A DNA stretch of 64,000 nt from a virus (taxonomy: Duplodnaviria > Caudoviricetes). The notes beneath the pieces were generated by a model. That model did no database searches. It was not told where the DNA came from and was given only the letters and a program-made list of their open reading frames with translations. The position numbers and the translations under genes were made by a program. The stretch is taken from IMG/VR virus record IMGVR_UViG_3300027974_001530; one strand, written 5' to 3'. Below, piece by piece: positions 29,029 to 37,824 of the stretch. Numbering within the stretch: the stretch's first letter is position 1; each line of letters opens with the position of its first letter.

Positions 29029-31476
29029 TTATCTAATTATTCTTTTAGTTGTACCATCTTCATACACCTCAAAAATAAACCCGTTTGTTTCTGAACTTAC
29101 TTCTTGACCAAAAAGGTTAATGTATTTAACTACCTTTTTATTTGTGTGTGTATTATTAATTGATATTGGACCGTACACTTTAAAATTACCATCAAAATCA
29201 AACTGATTTAATTTATAATAAACAGACCCATTAAATCTAAAATTATCCACATATAAGTAATTAACTACTTGAGTACTATTTCCCGTTGCTTTTGTGGTTC
29301 CAACATAATCCCATTGTTCTCCATCTATACTCCTTTCAAGTAAAAAGTAATCTGAGTTATATTCCGATGCGGTTGACCACTTTAAATTGTTGTAAGATGG
29401 ATAACCATAACCTTCAAAATATAATAACTCTACAGGTAATCCAATAGGTGAATTTGCAAGGATACCAAAAGTTCCTGTGGTTCCTCCACCATATTCCCAA
29501 ACTCTAATATATATTGTTTGTCCGGCACCTAATCCTGTTAAATATAAGTAAGGCATTAAACCATTAACGCTATTATCATCATCACAAGCAACTTGAGTTA
29601 AAGAACCAATAGAACCTGTATATATTGACATACCACCATCAGTAATAACTCCCTGTATCAAATCTATCTCCACAATACCATTTGATGGGACAACAACACT
29701 AAACCAAACGTCTTCACCCGTATAACTAGCACAACTTGGTGTTGCTTCTGATGTTGATGTTGCATTTACGTTTGTGTATGTTGAATATGTTCCAGTATTA
29801 AGGGTTATTGATATTGCACCTGACGGATTATCGTTAACTGGTGGTGTTGGTGGTGCGACACAGGTTCTTGTCATTGTAAAGGTTCCTGTATTAGTTGACA
29901 AACCTGTGGTACTATAATAAGCTATATACACATAATACTGAGTACCGTTTACTGTTGTGAACGTATAAGTTTCAGTACCACCTGAAAAACCAACATCTTG
30001 GTCAGTCACTAACGTATATGTTGCACCACATATGGTTCCACTCATAATAACCATTTCGTGGTCAAATCCTGTTCCTGCAACTGAAGTAATAGTTGTATTT
30101 TGACCATCACCAACAAAACTATACCATACACCGTAAGGTGATGAATATCCTAAAGGTGCGGTTTCTGAAACAGAACCAACAGTTGTTCCCGCAAGTCCTG
30201 ATGTCCCACAAGGAAGTGATGTTGCATTTGAACAGTTATCATTTGAGGGTGCTGGTACTGGTGATGTTGAACTTGCAGATGCGTTCCAAGAACTATATAA
30301 TCCTCCACAATTACTTCTAACATATAATATATATGTGGTATTTTGAGTTAGTGATGAGGTGGAAGAAGATGTAACACCAGCACCAACACTACCACTAGCA
30401 ACTAATCCCGTTGCTCCACTTCCCCCTAAACCTGAAGTTCTAATTTCCCATTCATATCCATTTGTTGGTAATGATGGTGATGCCGCCCAAGATAAGTTGG
30501 CGGATGTTGGTGATGTGTAAGTCACCAATAATGATGAGGGGGCAGTACAAGATGGTGGAGTCCACGTATATGTTAATCCTGAAGTTGGTTTAACTGTATT
30601 TGATAGTGTAACTGTTGAACTGTTTGATGTGCCTGCGGTTGTTGATGCCCAATTTGTTGTGGTTGTTCTGTTATTAAAATCAGTGTTTGAGGTTCCTCTT
30701 AAACCTACCTGAAATGTTGTTGCGGTAGTACTTGTTGGTCCTTGTATATTATAGACCACGTTGATTGTATTTGTGGTCTCATTTAATCTTATCTGAAAGT
30801 TATATAATTCACCAAAACCACCTGTTGTGGTATATCTTTGCCATCCTGTCCATTGAACGACTAATGTCCTATTTGGTGAGGTCCCTATTGTTTGAAATCT
30901 AATACCAAATGTTGACCTACTAAATCTAAAATGAAATCCGGTACCTCCACTTGTTGCATTTGCAGAAATTGTTACAGTGGTTGCGGTTTTAGATAATACC
31001 GTAGCTCCTGCGGGAATACCTGTACCACTTACCTTATCCCCAACCGATATTAGTGATATGTCACCACCCGTAATTGTAATTACCGCACTACCAGAAGTTC
31101 TATTTGCTAATAACGACCCACGTCCTATTAAATCAGCTCCCATTGCTGATATAACATTATTTGACGTTCCTGTTGATAGTGGTAAATAACTACTAGTTGG
31201 TAATGATCCTAATGTTATAAATCCATTAGTGTTAACCGCAAATTGAGTATACGTTGTTCCATTATATATAAAATTAAAACCAATTGATTCTAACGCTGCC
31301 GAATTATTATCATCTAAAAAATTTGTATTTGACCAACTTGTAAAGTTATCATAGTTGACCCCACCAACTATTGGTGTATAGGTTCCAGTCGATGTTCCAA
31401 ATGTGTAAGAACTTACTTGTGATCTAACAAAAAAACTTGTTAGTATAACAAAAAAAATAAGTAGAGAATTTTTCAT
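29029..31476 (-). CDS. Secreted Bacteroidota-style multidomain protein (signal peptide, FN3-like and NDNC/PPC-type modules, T9SS-like C-terminus)
   Basis: Signal peptide MKNSLLIFFVILTSFFVRS|Q; FN3-like CTAPSSLLVTYTSPTSANLSW...YILYVRSNC; two 'NDN...A..I' modules; LPVELLYFEG..LKWSTASEYNSDYFLLERS..YYKLNQFDFDG module; tail YINLFGQEV...YEDGTTKRIIR. Confidence 0.8.
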   Translation of the reverse strand: MKNSLLIFFVILTSFFVRSQVSSYTFGTSTGTYTPIVGGVNYDNFTSWSNTNFLDDNNSAALESIGFNFIYNGTTYTQFAVNTNGFITLGSLPTSSYLPLSTGTSNNVISAMGADLIGRGSLLANRTSGSAVITITGGDISLISVGDKVSGTGIPAGATVLSKTATTVTISANATSGGTGFHFRFSRSTFGIRFQTIGTSPNRTLVVQWTGWQRYTTTGGFGELYNFQIRLNETTNTINVVYNIQGPTSTTATTFQVGLRGTSNTDFNNRTTTTNWASTTAGTSNSSTVTLSNTVKPTSGLTYTWTPPSCTAPSSLLVTYTSPTSANLSWAASPSLPTNGYEWEIRTSGLGGSGATGLVASGSVGAGVTSSSTSSLTQNTTYILYVRSNCGGLYSSWNASASSTSPVPAPSNDNCSNATSLPCGTSGLAGTTVGSVSETAPLGYSSPYGVWYSFVGDGQNTTITSVAGTGFDHEMVIMSGTICGATYTLVTDQDVGFSGGTETYTFTTVNGTQYYVYIAYYSTTGLSTNTGTFTMTRTCVAPPTPPVNDNPSGAISITLNTGTYSTYTNVNATSTSEATPSCASYTGEDVWFSVVVPSNGIVEIDLIQGVITDGGMSIYTGSIGSLTQVACDDDNSVNGLMPYLYLTGLGAGQTIYIRVWEYGGGTTGTFGILANSPIGLPVELLYFEGYGYPSYNNLKWSTASEYNSDYFLLERSIDGEQWDYVGTTKATGNSTQVVNYLYVDNFRFNGSVYYKLNQFDFDGNFKVYGPISINNTHTNKKVVKYINLFGQEVSSETNGFIFEVYEDGTTKRIIR

Positions 31477-31492
31477 AAGATATCATTTACTA

Positions 31493-31499
31493 ATAAATA
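31493..31499 (-). promoter_or_regulatory. TATTTAT putative phage late promoter
   Basis: 16 nt upstream of the ATG at 31476. Confidence 0.6.
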
Positions 31500-31572
31500 C
31501 TTATGAAATTATTTAGTGTTAGATATTAATTTGATCGGTCGAGCATAATGGTGTTATAAATTAGCTCATAAC

Positions 31573-31600
31573 AAAAAAGGAGATAATTTCTTATCTCCTT
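31573..31600 (-). terminator. Intrinsic terminator after the major capsid gene
   Basis: Minus strand AAGGAGATAA-gaaa-TTATCTCCTT followed by TTTT. Confidence 0.85.
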
Positions 31601-31622
31601 TTCTCTTATTCAGTTTAATTGA

Positions 31623-33500
31623 TTATCTCAATTCTCTTAAGTCAAATGTTCTAACTCCATCAACTGTGACTCTTGCGTAGAAACGGTTGTTAACCATTTT
31701 CTTAGCGTATCTTGTCATAATACCTTTGATAGGTGTAAAGTTGAATGGATTGTACATTGTAGGTGTTAATTGTAGAGGTACGTACGGTGCGTAGATGTAA
31801 CCTGTGTCTAACAATGATGTTCCTTTGTGTCCGATCAAAATTGTGTTTGGTGGGAAGTAAGGATCACGGTAAACTTGGTAACGTCCTGACAAAGTACCAA
31901 CTCTCTCAATACCCATGTTATACTGATCTTGCTCAGGAGATGCGTTAGATACGTGGAAGTATTCTAAGTCATCAAAGATTGCAGAAACCTCAGAAGAAAC
32001 AACGATCCAGTTAGCTCCACCTCTTAAAGTAGATTTGTGGATTTGTGCCGACAACTGATTGATCGCAGTGATCAAAGTTTGGTTCCAATCTTTTTGAGTA
32101 TAAGATGTAGTTAATTGTAGTCTTCTCCATCCGTTGTAATCCCAACGTAGGTTCCAAGCCGCTCCTTTACGTAAGTCACGTAAAATTTCACGGTCGATCT
32201 CAGCTGCAACTTGTTCTGACAACAATGCCGTCAATTCAGCTTCAGCATCGATGTTATGGAATGCTGCAACGTCTTGTGCTAATTCAGGAGACCATTGTGC
32301 TCTTAGTTTTCTTTCTGTAACAGATACAGTAACTGACTCAAGGTCAAAAGAAACTTCACCAATTTGATCTTCGAATTCTAAACTTTTATATCTTCTATAA
32401 ACAGCTTGGAATGGAGATGATCCTAAAGTGGCTGTATTATTCGTTAATTCACCAATTGTTGTTCCTGTGTAACCATCTAATGTAGTTGCTCCACAATCAG
32501 CACATGCTGGACAAGAAAGATCAACTTCTAAATAGATACAACCATCTTGGCTACAAATGTCATTGAAAGAACCACCGTTACCGTTAGTTGGGTAAGTAGT
32601 TTGGAATGATGATGATGTAGGTTGTACAATACCTTTACCATAAATTTGAGTAACAACTCTAAATAATAATGGTGCGGATAAATTTGTATTTCCAAGTTCA
32701 TCTAAATTAGGACAACCTGTAGATCCTGTTAACACACTTAAGTCTGCAACGATTTTAAGATCTGATAAGAAAGTTTCAGTATCGATTTCGTTACCATCAG
32801 GTCCTATTAATTTACCAACACCTGCGTTATTAAATCCACAAAGTTTAACAATCATTTTTCTTGTAACTTCACCGTCAAATTGGTTAGTCGCTGCAACTAA
32901 GTTTGAACCTGACCATACTTGTGCAATAGCCGGTTGAGTTACCGCAGTCCACTGACCTTTTGAGTAATCGAACAATCCTGGAGGATCTAATCCTGCCTCA
33001 TTACCTTCATAAAATAAATCATAAAGATTTTTAGTGTATGGTGTTCCTGGTCCACCTGGATATCCTTGGTTAGGATCATTATTACCATCAGCAATTGCTT
33101 GTGGAGATCCGATTGGAGAATAGTGAGTTCCACCTGGATTGGCAATTGCAGGGTCTGAATTATACCCTTGTATACGAGGTACAAAGAAGAACAATTTACC
33201 GATTGGTAAGTTCATTGCTTGTACTGATACGATATCATTCGCTAACAATTTAGAGAAAACTCTTCTTACGATAGGGAAAACAACAGTTTCGAACGCTCCG
33301 TTAGAAGTTTCAGAAGTTGATTCGTTAATCAAGAAAGAAGCTTGGTTTTCATATAACTGTGCTACGTTTTCTTTTAGGTGACCTTTAAGGCCTTCAAGGA
33401 ATCCTAATCTATCCCATTTGTTAATTGTGTCTTCTTTGATAACTTTAAGGTGTTTTAACCCAATATTACCAACAAGACCTGATTCTAATAATGCTCCCAT
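31623..33500 (-). CDS. gp23: Major capsid protein (T4 gp23-like)
   Basis: VFPIVRRVFSKLLANDIVSVQAMNLPIGKLF, RKLRAQWSPELAQD..AFHNIDAEAELTALLSEQVAAEIDREIL, GYIYAPYVPLQ, KGIMTRYAK. Confidence 0.97.
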   Translation of the reverse strand: MGALLESGLVGNIGLKHLKVIKEDTINKWDRLGFLEGLKGHLKENVAQLYENQASFLINESTSETSNGAFETVVFPIVRRVFSKLLANDIVSVQAMNLPIGKLFFFVPRIQGYNSDPAIANPGGTHYSPIGSPQAIADGNNDPNQGYPGGPGTPYTKNLYDLFYEGNEAGLDPPGLFDYSKGQWTAVTQPAIAQVWSGSNLVAATNQFDGEVTRKMIVKLCGFNNAGVGKLIGPDGNEIDTETFLSDLKIVADLSVLTGSTGCPNLDELGNTNLSAPLLFRVVTQIYGKGIVQPTSSSFQTTYPTNGNGGSFNDICSQDGCIYLEVDLSCPACADCGATTLDGYTGTTIGELTNNTATLGSSPFQAVYRRYKSLEFEDQIGEVSFDLESVTVSVTERKLRAQWSPELAQDVAAFHNIDAEAELTALLSEQVAAEIDREILRDLRKGAAWNLRWDYNGWRRLQLTTSYTQKDWNQTLITAINQLSAQIHKSTLRGGANWIVVSSEVSAIFDDLEYFHVSNASPEQDQYNMGIERVGTLSGRYQVYRDPYFPPNTILIGHKGTSLLDTGYIYAPYVPLQLTPTMYNPFNFTPIKGIMTRYAKKMVNNRFYARVTVDGVRTFDLRELR

Positions 33501-33542
33501 TTTTATTTGTTTTTTTTGCTTTATTTTTTATTTATGTATATT

Positions 33543-33549
33543 ATAAATA
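33543..33549 (-). promoter_or_regulatory. TATTTAT putative phage late promoter (capsid gene)
   Basis: In the intergenic region 42 nt upstream of the MCP ATG. Confidence 0.6.
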
Positions 33550-33573
33550 TACGTTTGTTTTAAAAAGTTTATT

Positions 33574-35268
33574 TTATTTTATTTTACCCATTAAGTCTTT
33601 CATTCTTAAGAATTGTGGATTTTCGTATGTTTTTGATTCAATTAAATTAACCGAAGATCCCGTAGACGGAGATTTTGTTACGGTTCTATTAAATGATTCG
33701 TTAATACTATTATCAGATAAATTATTGTTAGATAATTCACCTTTAAGAATTTGATAAAGATTTTTGGATTCTTTTAAAGATTCAACATTATCGAATCTTC
33801 TCAAAATATTTATTTTTTCTGGTTTAGTTGTTGAATGTTCTGTGAACAATCTTGTTGCGTATGCCAAGTTAGAATTGAATACCGCCACCTCATTTAATTT
33901 TGTTCTAAACAAATCAAGGGCTTTTCTGTATTCGTCATTCTTTTCTCTTAGTACTTCAACTTCTTCTTTCAATTGACTTGGTGATGCCATTAAGTTTCTT
34001 TTTACCTTTCTGTTGTTTGCCAATGTTCTTGAAGCCTCTTTAGTTTCAATTTTTTTACCTTTAGTAATTTTGTTCACAATTTTCATCACAATTTCTGAAT
34101 TTGGGTCTTCGTTATCGTAATCAAAATTAGCTTTACCTGATTTTCCATAACGTTTAGAACCTTCTTTCATTTTTGTATCAAACCCACCTTCTTGGTTTGG
34201 TTTTTTACTATATTTAAATTTTGACGCATTTCCTGTTTTTTGTTTAGATTCCATCATCGACATTTGACTTCTTGTTTTTAGGTTATCCCAATTTAATGAA
34301 TCTTCCTCAACAAACATTTCATCAAGGTCTTCATAAGTCATATCTTCATCCATATACATTTCACCAAGATCTTCATAAGACATATCTTCATCCATGTACA
34401 TTTCATCAAGGTCTTCACCTAAACCAACGTCTCCTTCCATTTCCTCACCGATTTCTAACTCATAAATAGTTTCTTCTGGTTCTCTACCAAAACGTCCGCC
34501 TTTCATAGATCCAAAACGATCTTCATCATCAAAACGTCCGCCTTTCATAGATCCAAAACGATCTTCATCATCAAAGGTAGAACCCATCATAGATCCAAAC
34601 TCATCTTCCACTTCTTCGTCACCGAAATAACGACCTCTCATAGTTCCCAACTCTTCATCATTTTCTTCATCATCAAAACTAGAACTCATCATAGAACCAA
34701 AACGATCTTCATCTTTAAAACGAGAACCCATCATAGAACCAAACTCATCCTCATCAGATTCATTTAATTTTATAATATATTCAGTGTCATTTTCAGTGTC
34801 TTTAAGATCATAATAGTCACCAATTTTTTCGATAGAAACTTTATCATTTTTACCCATCTTAGAGAATACAACCGCAACATCTTCGTCGCTAGCGCCTCTC
34901 ATGTCGATAGTTTCTTCTTCGTCATCCATGTCAAGATCCATATTAACGTCCATGTCTTCATCTTCGTCGTCCATGTCTTCATCTTCTACGTCCATGTCAT
35001 CGTCTTCTAGATCCATGTCATCGTCTTCTACGTCAAAAGTTTCCTCATCGTCAACATTAACGTCTTCTTCGTCATCAGGCGATACAATATCAACCTCTTC
35101 TTCGTCATCAGTGTCAACCTCATCTTGTTCTTTCAGAGATTCTTTTACTAGTGATTTGATTTCTTGTCTCATTGTCGAAGCAAGTATTCCTTTTGCGTTT
35201 TCTTTAAGAGCGTCTTCTAAATTTTTCATTTGGATAACTGCCTCTTCTACTACTGTTTTTCTACTCAT
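33574..35268 (-). CDS. Prohead core/scaffold protein (gp22-like position) with an acidic low-complexity region
   Basis: Lies between protease and MCP; C-terminal coiled coil 'LNEVAVFNSNLAYATRLF...K.NILRRFDNVESLKESKNLY'; very acidic centre. Confidence 0.8.
   Translation of the reverse strand: MSRKTVVEEAVIQMKNLEDALKENAKGILASTMRQEIKSLVKESLKEQDEVDTDDEEEVDIVSPDDEEDVNVDDEETFDVEDDDMDLEDDDMDVEDEDMDDEDEDMDVNMDLDMDDEEETIDMRGASDEDVAVVFSKMGKNDKVSIEKIGDYYDLKDTENDTEYIIKLNESDEDEFGSMMGSRFKDEDRFGSMMSSSFDDEENDEELGTMRGRYFGDEEVEDEFGSMMGSTFDDEDRFGSMKGGRFDDEDRFGSMKGGRFGREPEETIYELEIGEEMEGDVGLGEDLDEMYMDEDMSYEDLGEMYMDEDMTYEDLDEMFVEEDSLNWDNLKTRSQMSMMESKQKTGNASKFKYSKKPNQEGGFDTKMKEGSKRYGKSGKANFDYDNEDPNSEIVMKIVNKITKGKKIETKEASRTLANNRKVKRNLMASPSQLKEEVEVLREKNDEYRKALDLFRTKLNEVAVFNSNLAYATRLFTEHSTTKPEKINILRRFDNVESLKESKNLYQILKGELSNNNLSDNSINESFNRTVTKSPSTGSSVNLIESKTYENPQFLRMKDLMGKIK
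34489..34572. repeat. Perfect 42-bp tandem duplication (DDEDRFGSMKGGRF x2) within degenerate FGSM repeats
   Basis: aaaacgtccgcctttcatagatccaaaacgatcttcatcatc occurs twice in tandem. Confidence 0.9.
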
Positions 35269-35287
35269 TTATAGTTTGTTTTATCAA

Positions 35288-35294
35288 ATAAATA
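35288..35294 (-). promoter_or_regulatory. TATTTAT putative phage late promoter (scaffold gene)
   Basis: 19 nt upstream of ATG 35268. Confidence 0.6.
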
Positions 35295-35335
35295 TTATGA
35301 GTTTGTAAAAAATTCAGTTTTTATTAATATAAATA

Positions 35336-35365
35336 AAAAAAGGAGGTATTATTAGTACCTCCTTT
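35336..35365 (-). terminator. Intrinsic terminator
   Basis: AAAGGAGGTA-ctaataa-TACCTCCTTT plus T tract on the minus strand. Confidence 0.8.
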
Positions 35366-35386
35366 TCAAAATTTTAAGTTTTTTAT

Positions 35387-35602
35387 TTATTCAATAACCT
35401 CATCAATCTTACTTTCTGTAATTGAAGTAATTCTCCAATCCATTGTATAGTGTTCGTAAACTTTGGTTACTTTTGCCTCAACATCCGTTGGGGTATACCC
35501 TAAAACTAATTTTTCTTCTTTTACTTTTTTTACTTTTCCTGATTCACTATCTAATAAATCAGAAGCAATTTTTGCTACAAAATATTTTTCTCCTTGTTCC
35601 AT
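35387..35602 (-). CDS. Hypothetical small head-module protein
   Basis: 71 aa, directly after the prohead protease gene. Confidence 0.75.
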   Translation of the reverse strand: MEQGEKYFVAKIASDLLDSESGKVKKVKEEKLVLGYTPTDVEAKVTKVYEHYTMDWRITSITESKIDEVIE

Positions 35603-35610
35603 AATTTTTT

Positions 35611-36330
35611 TTATTTACCCAAATAATCGGTTAATCTTTTCATTAAGTCAAGAGATTTATTTCCGGATTCACCAACATTTCTTTCTACTGACATTTTTTT
35701 ATTTTCTTCTAAATTCTCATCAAATTTTGATCTGTCATTTTTATCTAAGAATAAATAAGCACCAGGAGTTGATGGTGAAGACACTAAATCAAAACATATA
35801 AGTTCAAAATCATCCTGTACTTCGTTTTGTTCTCCAACCTTTTTTAATGATCCTACACCACGAGAGGATATACCTAAAGTAACTCCTTGTCTTAGGTAAT
35901 TTGCCGCTAAGTCACCTTTTGTTGAACATATACCACTTTCATGAAATCCTGGACTTGTAAGTAATCTCAATTTACCTAAAAGAACCGGACCATCCCACCA
36001 AACTTCGGTGATAATGTGTGAAACTCTATCTAAATCAATTAATGATGATTCAGGGTGATTTAATTCAGAAAGAGAGGTTCCCTTATCGATCATTTTTTTA
36101 TAATTCTCAGATTCTCTTTTTAGAATTTTTTCAGGGTAAATTCTACCGTTTCTATTTGGGGTATCGTATTTTTGTAATACCGCATAAAATTCAAATGGTT
36201 TTGAATGGTCTAAATTATTATTATTAGACTCAAGTATATATTGATTGTTTACAGTTCTTGGATTAATGTATCCCGCATCATATTCTATAAGAATGCCCTT
36301 TCCAATTTCATTAGGTCCTAATATTTTCAT
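35611..36330 (-). CDS. gp21: Prohead core protease (T4 gp21-like)
   Basis: NRNGRIYP, ELNHPESSLIDLDRVSHII, LGISSRGVGS (catalytic Ser), DLVSSPSTPGAY. Confidence 0.95.
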   Translation of the reverse strand: MKILGPNEIGKGILIEYDAGYINPRTVNNQYILESNNNNLDHSKPFEFYAVLQKYDTPNRNGRIYPEKILKRESENYKKMIDKGTSLSELNHPESSLIDLDRVSHIITEVWWDGPVLLGKLRLLTSPGFHESGICSTKGDLAANYLRQGVTLGISSRGVGSLKKVGEQNEVQDDFELICFDLVSSPSTPGAYLFLDKNDRSKFDENLEENKKMSVERNVGESGNKSLDLMKRLTDYLGK

Positions 36331-36351
36331 TTTAAAGTTTTTTAATAAATA

Positions 36352-36819
36352 TTAAACTTTTTCGGTTTTTACTTTTATTACCTTAGAATTTCCATTTTTA
36401 GTTAAATAACATTTAAAATATTCGTTCTTATTTAAGACATCATCGTATATGTTTTTTACTAATAATTTTAATGATTTTTTTAATGCTAGTGATTTAAAGT
36501 CAATTTCTTTAATTAGATATAAGTTAACCTCCAAATTCATGAATGATTTTTTCTTTAATTGTAATCCACTTGTTCTAAGATCCAAATCAACAATAAATTT
36601 TTCATCAAATATATTTTTATCCATGTTTTGATATAAGGAGTGTTTAATTGCCCTATTCATATTTAAGACAACCCTTGTCCAATTTTCAGAGTCTTTTTTA
36701 GGTTCTACCCAAGTTTGTAAATTTAAATAGAGTGATTTAAATTCTTTCGAATCAACAGTTCCGTAAGTTATTTTTGACGTTCTGAACCCGTTGATTTTTG
36801 AGGTTTTTCCTTTTTTCAT
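36352..36819 (-). CDS. Hypothetical protein flanking bS21
   Basis: 155-aa ORF. Confidence 0.75.
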   Translation of the reverse strand: MKKGKTSKINGFRTSKITYGTVDSKEFKSLYLNLQTWVEPKKDSENWTRVVLNMNRAIKHSLYQNMDKNIFDEKFIVDLDLRTSGLQLKKKSFMNLEVNLYLIKEIDFKSLALKKSLKLLVKNIYDDVLNKNEYFKCYLTKNGNSKVIKVKTEKV

Positions 36820-36863
36820 ATTTTTTTTTCATAGTAAAATTGTTTATTTTGAATAAGTTTACT

Positions 36864-36871
36864 TAAATTTG
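36864..36871 (+). promoter_or_regulatory. Bacteroidota-type -7 promoter (TAAATTTG) for bS21
   Basis: Exact TAnnTTTG, 37 nt upstream of ATG 36909. Confidence 0.6.
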
Positions 36872-36908
36872 TTATATATATCAAGGTAAACAAAATCAAT
36901 ATAAATTT

Positions 36909-37088
36909 ATGTTAATAGTAAAGGTGAAAAAAGGAGATATCGAACGATCTCTAAAAGAATTAAAAAGTAAAGTTATCAAAACAAGACAAAATAGTATCTT
37001 AAATGATTTAAAAGAATATAAAAAAAAATCTGTCATTAATAGACAGATTTTAAATAATTCAAAATATAAACAAAAGAATTTTAATTAA
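36909..37088 (+). CDS. rpsU: Ribosomal protein bS21 (phage-encoded), 59 aa; missed by the ORF track
   Basis: MLIVKVKKGDIERSLKELKSKVIKTRQNSILNDLKEYKKKSVINRQILNNSKYKQKNFN follows the Bacteroidota S21 pattern (MLI..V....I.RALK..K.K..KT.....L......KPSV..R.....A.Y.Q); antisense within the head module. Confidence 0.8.
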   Translation: MLIVKVKKGDIERSLKELKSKVIKTRQNSILNDLKEYKKKSVINRQILNNSKYKQKNFN

Positions 37089-37804
37089 AGACTTTCATTT
37101 AGATTTTTTAATTTTATATAGGAGATTTTATCAAAAGATTCATTTTTAACCTTTTCAATAGTTTCCTTAATTGCCCCAACAGTATCAGGGTCTGAGTCAG
37201 AAGATAATATATTCTCAAGTCTTTTTATTGTGTTTTCTTTAATGAAGTCAAATTTAATTTCTAACTTATCGTTATCTTCTTTTAATAAACTAAGTATTTC
37301 TTTTTTTTCTGACTCACTAACATTAGATAAATAATTTGTAATTGTATCATTAGCAACTTTAACCATACTTTCTAAAGGAAGTGAAACAACCTCGTTATTA
37401 GAAAATGGTTTGGATGACTTAAGACCTTCAACAACAAGTTTTCTACTTTGTATTTTACTTTCCAACATAACAACATTACTTGAAAATAGGTTGTCTATTT
37501 TTTCGTATTCGTTTTTTGTGTTAACGTTATTTAACCATAAACTAATTTCTTGGATGTCCTTTTTATTAATTTTGTTTAATGCGTTCTCATATATTGTTAT
37601 TGACCCATTAATAAAATCATTCGCCACTGATTCGGACAAACCTTTATTAGATGAAAGTTCATCATATAAATAATAAATTTTACTTATATTTTTGTTCTTT
37701 TTAACCAATTCATTAAAGATAAAAATATTATCTTTTAACGTGTTTTTATTGTATGACTCAATTAAACACTTTTCTATTTTAGATTTTAAAACACCAAATT
37801 TCAT
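37085..37804 (-). CDS. Hypothetical helical protein between portal and bS21
   Basis: 239 aa; TATTTAT at 37818-37824. Confidence 0.75.
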   Translation of the reverse strand: MKFGVLKSKIEKCLIESYNKNTLKDNIFIFNELVKKNKNISKIYYLYDELSSNKGLSESVANDFINGSITIYENALNKINKKDIQEISLWLNNVNTKNEYEKIDNLFSSNVVMLESKIQSRKLVVEGLKSSKPFSNNEVVSLPLESMVKVANDTITNYLSNVSESEKKEILSLLKEDNDKLEIKFDFIKENTIKRLENILSSDSDPDTVGAIKETIEKVKNESFDKISYIKLKNLNESL

Positions 37805-37824
37805 ATTTTTTTTTATTATAAATA

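Noticed and set aside
34272-35801. Antisense ORFs such as the poly-Ser 34901..35308 and 35463..35801
   Set aside because: Mirror of the Asp/Glu codons of the scaffold gene; no independent start signals.
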